Shown: in pieces, positions 24,273 to 28,078 of the stretch | How the letters are laid out: each line of letters opens with the position of its first letter | Position numbering within the stretch: the stretch's first letter is position 1 | Origin: a virus | Lineage: Duplodnaviria; Caudoviricetes | Strand: one strand, 5' to 3' | Virus record (IMG/VR): IMGVR_UViG_3300022178_001099 | Coordinates: 1-28,078 of that record | DNA: 28,078 nt | Notes under the pieces: generated by a model | Databases searched by the model: none | Seen by the model: only the letters and a program-made list of their open reading frames with translations | What the model was told of the DNA's origin: nothing | Position numbers and translations under genes: made by a program

Positions 24273-25298
24273 TCATGCTGCCACCGACAACCAAGCGTCA
24301 CTATTCAAGACGCTGGCAACCTGTTCATTTCGCTTGCGCTGCACATCATAAACCTTGGCCGTTTTCTTGCCGGTCTGGTATTCCTTGCCGGTCTCAAGAT
24401 TGGTGACGGTCTCATTCGTATGAGTTGCCCAGTGGGTCAAGGCATTATAGGCCGCCCACATTGTCCCGCCCAGTTCGGGCTTTTCCTTGTCGAACATGTA
24501 AAGCAAGGCATTCATTAGGCGTTCATTAACACCCTCAAGAACACCGGCTTTAACAGCCCGCCCAGTCTTGGCGCAAATGGTCTCTTTCAAGATGTTCGCA
24601 AACTGTTCGTCGGATAACCGCGAACCCTGCCAAGCCCGCATTTGGTCGCGCTGGTTCGTCCACATATCAAGAGAGCCGCCCGCCTTGGTTATCATGGCTT
24701 CAACGCTCAGATTCTTGGTATGCTTTGCTTTTTGGTGATATGACTTTTCACCACCGAAAACCAAGGTATTGCGGCAAAGGTCACGATATGCCCCGCTGAA
24801 TATTTGAAAGCACCAAGACTTGTCTACGCTGTTAAAGATATCCATGCGGCACCGAACCAAGTCGCTGCTATCCCCTACGGTCGTTTGCAGGTCGTTAAAG
24901 TGAATAGTGCGATGCGCCCGAAGCCCACCCTCATAGAGCCGGTCAACAACCGACACATCACCAAGCGGCAAATCTGATTCGCTCAATAAATCGGCCTGCT
25001 TTGCAAATAACCGGTCATGGGGTTCTAATTTATAAGAACGGCCTATTGGGGCGACGTCCAGAACATCACCGGTTGCGCTATTCTCTAGTGCAAAGTAATC
25101 GGGCATAGGCACGTTTTGGCAAATGGTCGCTGCGCCTTCCTGCCGGACAAACTGCAACGCCTCAATCGGGATTTTACGAACCGCCCCAATCTGGTCGAAC
25201 AAATCGACGTTCGCGGGGTCGTTGTGTTCAAACGTATAAGTGCCGCCGCCCCGATTGACAAAGCTGGCTTGGTTTTCAATTGGTACTAAATCGAACAT
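24273..25298 (-). CDS. DUF932/DUF945-like phage protein (341 aa)
   Basis: Y...PH...F, IFNSVD.S..FQ...GAYR..C.N.LV.G, KHT, GTMWAAYNALTHWATH motifs; start reassigned to ATG 25298 (RBS GAAAGGA). Confidence 0.75.
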   Translation of the reverse strand: MFDLVPIENQASFVNRGGGTYTFEHNDPANVDLFDQIGAVRKIPIEALQFVRQEGAATICQNVPMPDYFALENSATGDVLDVAPIGRSYKLEPHDRLFAKQADLLSESDLPLGDVSVVDRLYEGGLRAHRTIHFNDLQTTVGDSSDLVRCRMDIFNSVDKSWCFQIFSGAYRDLCRNTLVFGGEKSYHQKAKHTKNLSVEAMITKAGGSLDMWTNQRDQMRAWQGSRLSDEQFANILKETICAKTGRAVKAGVLEGVNERLMNALLYMFDKEKPELGGTMWAAYNALTHWATHTNETVTNLETGKEYQTGKKTAKVYDVQRKRNEQVASVLNSDAWLSVAA

Positions 25299-25357
25299 GG
25301 TTAATGTTCCTTTCGTTCTTGGTTGTTGGCATGGTTGTTGCAACCAGCCTTGATTTG

Positions 25358-25387
25358 TTTATGCCATGCCGCTGGCGAATCGGTCAA
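25358..25387 (-). promoter_or_regulatory. Candidate promoter TTGACC-N18-CATAAA
   Basis: Preceded by the terminator T-tract; upstream of the DUF932-like gene. Confidence 0.5.
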
Positions 25388-25404
25388 CAAAAAAAACAGA
25401 TAAA

Positions 25405-25438
25405 TAAAATGGATGCCGCCCCGCGACTCGCGACACCC
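25405..25438 (-). terminator. Rho-independent terminator after the Gp88-like gene
   Basis: GGGTGTCGC...GCGGCATCC stem followed by ATTTTATTT and a T8 tract. Confidence 0.6.
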
Positions 25439-25537
25439 TTTGCTAATACCGCACCCAATCCCCCCGAACCACCAAGGATAATTGCAAGTAACATACTAGC
25501 CCCAAGAAAAAGTTGGCGTGGTTGATTTGTCATTTGG

Positions 25538-26224
25538 TCAATGCGTAACAAACAGGATTTGTTTATCCGGTGCAGACCAACACAAGGTACAGGTCGCGCA
25601 CGATTCCGCCTTGCCGGTTTGTTCGGGACAAACAATAGATTTGTTCTTTTCCGGTTTGTATAGGTCGGCACTGTTCGCGCTGAATTGCCAAGTTGGTGCG
25701 TTGCTATACCGTACAGAAAAACGCTCACCGAACACGCCGCGAACCGCACGAAGCGCAAGCCCGATATCGCTGTTAGGCTCATAGCCGGTAAAGCCCCAGA
25801 CCGCCAAGTTATCAAATTTAGATAATAGATGCTGCCAGACTGCAACATAATCCACAGAATAAAAGTCGCCTAAAACGTGCAACCGGACAATCACCCCTTT
25901 ATAGGTGGCGCACAATTCTGCTATTTCGTTTTTGATGCGCTGCTCTAATTCGCTGCCATGCTGCAACCGGTGCGCGAACATCATGTTATTACCATAGCAA
26001 TTATCCCAGTGGTAACAAGAGCGGGGACAGGTGGCGCGTTCTTGCAAAGTTAGGGTATAAATCACATAGCCCTTGAACTTGCCCTTTTTAATTACAGGTA
26101 ATTTATCTTTTGAAAGCTTCGCATTTTTAGATTGCTTCAAGACCGAATGCGGATAATCAGATAATAGTTTAACTGATTTAGGATACATGGTCACGGCTGG
26201 TTTATTTATATCTGCCTTTTTCAT
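25538..26224 (-). CDS. Gp88-like Fe-S (radical-SAM-related) protein
   Basis: N.KL, TCPxxCxxxxxCYG, RLHVLGDF, and C-terminal CP......C..C.LCW motifs. Confidence 0.7.
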   Translation of the reverse strand: MKKADINKPAVTMYPKSVKLLSDYPHSVLKQSKNAKLSKDKLPVIKKGKFKGYVIYTLTLQERATCPRSCYHWDNCYGNNMMFAHRLQHGSELEQRIKNEIAELCATYKGVIVRLHVLGDFYSVDYVAVWQHLLSKFDNLAVWGFTGYEPNSDIGLALRAVRGVFGERFSVRYSNAPTWQFSANSADLYKPEKNKSIVCPEQTGKAESCATCTLCWSAPDKQILFVTH

Positions 26225-26259
26225 CGGTTCGGGTTCCTTCGTTGGTTTAGGTTGGGTTT

Positions 26260-26288
26260 CTTTTACGGATAATAACCGGCATGGTCAA
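26260..26288 (-). promoter_or_regulatory. Candidate promoter TTGACC-N17-TAAAAG
   Basis: Upstream of the Gp88-like gene; the spacer carries a repeated 18 bp motif. Confidence 0.5.
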
Positions 26289-26448
26289 GCCCTTTTATTT
26301 TCTTACCTAATCTTTTTAGGTAACATTCTGGACAGGAAAAGAACTTGTCCATCTCAACCACCATCGCCGGTTCGCCGCAAGTGTCGCATTTATATTGCGG
26401 GTTTAGTGTGGTCGGTTTGTCAAAAGTTTGGCGTGTAGTGTTTGTCAT
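26263..26448 (-). CDS. Small Zn-finger protein
   Basis: CDTC...CPEC. Confidence 0.65.
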   Translation of the reverse strand: MTNTTRQTFDKPTTLNPQYKCDTCGEPAMVVEMDKFFSCPECYLKRLGKKIKGLDHAGYYP

Positions 26449-26629
26449 CGTTCAATGCCCGCTTTAGTGTGGCTAGTTTGTCACGTTCGGCGTTTGTCAC
26501 CGGCTCCCCGTTCCACTCTTTGTCGTGGATTTGTCTGTTTAGGGTTCGCCATTTGTCAGCCGTGTTTGATAGGCGTGGGTCGCTTGCCGCGTTGGGATAG
26601 CGTGGCTCAATCTGCATGATACACCCCAC
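26420..26629 (-). CDS. Hypothetical early protein
   Basis: Overlapping chain of ORFs; start may be ATG 26617 (MQIEP). Confidence 0.6.
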   Translation of the reverse strand: MGCIMQIEPRYPNAASDPRLSNTADKWRTLNRQIHDKEWNGEPVTNAERDKLATLKRALNDDKHYTPNF

Positions 26630-26870
26630 CCATCATTACGACACCATCATCACACTGGCACGAAACCGGCGCGTCTGTTTCTATCCAGACTTTAGCCCCG
26701 CACGATAGCGGTTTGTCAGGAGAATAGACGACAGTAGACGAACCGCCAATATCAACCTTGTGTGCGTAGACATTGCGCTTGCTAGTCTTAACTGTAATCA
26801 CCGGATTGTTTTCTTCGTTCTTTGCATTAGAACGGATTACATGTTGGTTTATGTGGATTCGCTTTTTCAT
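26607..26870 (-). CDS. Conserved marine phage hypothetical protein
   Basis: IH.NQH.IR.N...PVITVK...Y.PDKPLSCGAKVWIET motif. Confidence 0.75.
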   Translation of the reverse strand: MKKRIHINQHVIRSNAKNEENNPVITVKTSKRNVYAHKVDIGGSSTVVYSPDKPLSCGAKVWIETDAPVSCQCDDGVVMMGGVYHAD

Positions 26871-27070
26871 ATGTACTTACTCCAGTAGTTGTCCCAAGCT
26901 TCACGCAACATATCAGCATATTCTCTGTCGTCACGCAACCCCAAGAAATCGCGGTGCTGTTCCATTTCTTGCATAAACTCGCCAAAGTATTCACAGTTGC
27001 CTATCTTACTGTTGGCAAGATACCAGAAGTCTTCCTCTAGCTGGATTGCCCAGTCGCTCATCTTACCCAT
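26867..27070 (-). CDS. Hypothetical acidic early protein
   Basis: MGKMSDW start; coupled overlaps with neighbours. Confidence 0.7.
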   Translation of the reverse strand: MGKMSDWAIQLEEDFWYLANSKIGNCEYFGEFMQEMEQHRDFLGLRDDREYADMLREAWDNYWSKYI

Positions 27071-27266
27071 CGCAATTCTCCATGTACCATGTCTTGTACT
27101 TATGAAAGGCTAGTATCTTGTATGCTTCCAAGTCTAGCTGTTCCCATTCCTTTAGGTCAAGCCCCTCAAACTGAAAGCGGTTTTCCATTTCACCATCCAA
27201 CATAACCATCAGGGCGTTAGCCTCTGTGCGTGTTAGTTGTAGCCATACTTTGTCAGTCTTAATCAT
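27063..27266 (-). CDS. Hypothetical early protein
   Basis: RBS AAGGAG; coupled overlaps. Confidence 0.7.
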   Translation of the reverse strand: MIKTDKVWLQLTRTEANALMVMLDGEMENRFQFEGLDLKEWEQLDLEAYKILAFHKYKTWYMENCDG

Positions 27267-27429
27267 TGGTTGTCTCCTTAACAGCTAATACTTTGGTATT
27301 TTCACCACCGACTAAGCCCACCATTTCTATCTGGGCTTGTATCTGTGCCTCATATTCTGTGTCAGCGTGGACAATAACTTCACGGGTTGTCGTCGCTTCC
27401 ACCTTAACTTCCCAAGTTCGTTCAGTCAC
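27259..27429 (-). CDS. Hypothetical protein (56 aa), weakly DpnD/PcfM-like
   Basis: Translated by hand from GTG: MTERTWEVKVEATTTREVIVHADTEYEAQIQAQIEMVGLVGGENTKVLAVKETTND; RBS GGAG; fills the gap. Confidence 0.65.
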   Translation of the reverse strand: MTERTWEVKVEATTTREVIVHADTEYEAQIQAQIEMVGLVGGENTKVLAVKETTND

Positions 27430-27676
27430 GGCTCATCTCCAATCCCATCAGGTTCATAACATCAATCGTTAGCTGGTCAATCAATTCATACACATCGTTG
27501 ACATCCCAGTATTCAAACGGTTGCCAGTGATTGTCACTGATAAAGTTATCTAGCTTTTCTTCTTCCCATGTATCCCAGTCACTGGGCAGGGGTGTAGCTA
27601 GAAAGTTTGCTGACATACGAGCAAATATCTCTGTGTGTTTGATTGAGTATTCTGCGTGGGTTAGTTTGGTAGCCAT
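27422..27676 (-). CDS. Hypothetical acidic early protein (84 aa)
   Basis: Start reassigned to ATG 27676 (RBS GGGGGAG). Confidence 0.7.
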   Translation of the reverse strand: MATKLTHAEYSIKHTEIFARMSANFLATPLPSDWDTWEEEKLDNFISDNHWQPFEYWDVNDVYELIDQLTIDVMNLMGLEMSRD

Positions 27677-27677
27677 G

Positions 27678-27956
27678 TCACTCCCCCCGCAAATTGAATT
27701 GATACTGTAGTGCGTCCATTGCGTCAGACAGTTCTTGTAGGTCGTAGGCAGTAACAGCCTTGATGCCACCCATGTCAGGATACAATGCAACGTCAAGCAC
27801 TGTGTCTAACAGTTTGTTTATGTTGATGACTGCCGCACGTTGCTCCATAGTTAACTTAGCTATCCGGTTCCGGCGATTGATACGCTCCTTCTCACGGATG
27901 TTTTCCCAGTAAGCAATGCGTTCGTCTTGTGTCATGTTTTGTAGTTTCTTCGCCAT
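27678..27956 (-). CDS. Hypothetical early protein (92 aa)
   Basis: Start reassigned to ATG 27956 (RBS AGGAG), downstream of a promoter. Confidence 0.7.
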   Translation of the reverse strand: MAKKLQNMTQDERIAYWENIREKERINRRNRIAKLTMEQRAAVININKLLDTVLDVALYPDMGGIKAVTAYDLQELSDAMDALQYQFNLRGE

Positions 27957-27988
27957 TTGGTTTCTCCTATCTGGCAGTTGATTAGTAA

Positions 27989-28017
27989 CCAATATCGGAA
28001 ACAAACAGGGGTGTCAA
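27989..28017 (-). promoter_or_regulatory. Candidate promoter TTGACA-N17-TATTGG
   Basis: Perfect -35 preceded by the terminator T-tract. Confidence 0.6.
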
Positions 28018-28018
28018 C

Positions 28019-28056
28019 AAAAAAAGAAACGGGACTAGAAATGAATCTAGCCCCGC
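28019..28056 (-). terminator. Rho-independent terminator
   Basis: GCGGGGCTAGA-TTCATT-TCTAGTCCCGT-TTCTTTTTTT. Confidence 0.85.
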
Positions 28057-28078
28057 TCTTCAACCAACCAACGAAAGT

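Noticed and set aside
25384-25533. 49-aa hydrophobic ORF (MTNQPRQLF...)
   Set aside because: It has no clear RBS and runs through a terminator and T-tract, which explains its hydrophobic codons; left uncalled.

Overview
The window is a 28 kb fragment of a lytic-type marine podovirus (Caudoviricetes) genome, with nearly all genes on the minus strand. The host is probably an alphaproteobacterium. The msmA-like gene and overall gene content resemble SAR116 phage HMO-2011-like viruses, but that assignment is an inference. Reading in transcription order (right to left), it begins with small early/host-takeover genes (Zn-finger, Gp88-like Fe-S protein, DUF932-like protein, wHTH protein) organised in promoter-terminator units. 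Next is a ~700 bp non-coding control region with divergent sigma70 promoters, a candidate sRNA and a possible genome end. The late region then runs terS, terL, an atypical tyrosine-recombinase-fold protein, portal (with an overprinted gene), a 1087-aa ejection-type protein with an HEXXH domain, scaffold, major capsid and a decoration protein. It continues with small basic proteins, a lysis cassette, a Rieske-less MsmA-like oxygenase, and tail adaptor, nozzle and fibre genes. The most notable observations are (1) the active-site-altered recombinase between terL and portal, (2) short peptide motifs shared among unrelated late proteins, (3) the msmA-like gene lacking its 2Fe-2S ligands, and (4) several structured RNA or antisense elements. 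All calls come from motif recognition by eye; no searches were run.
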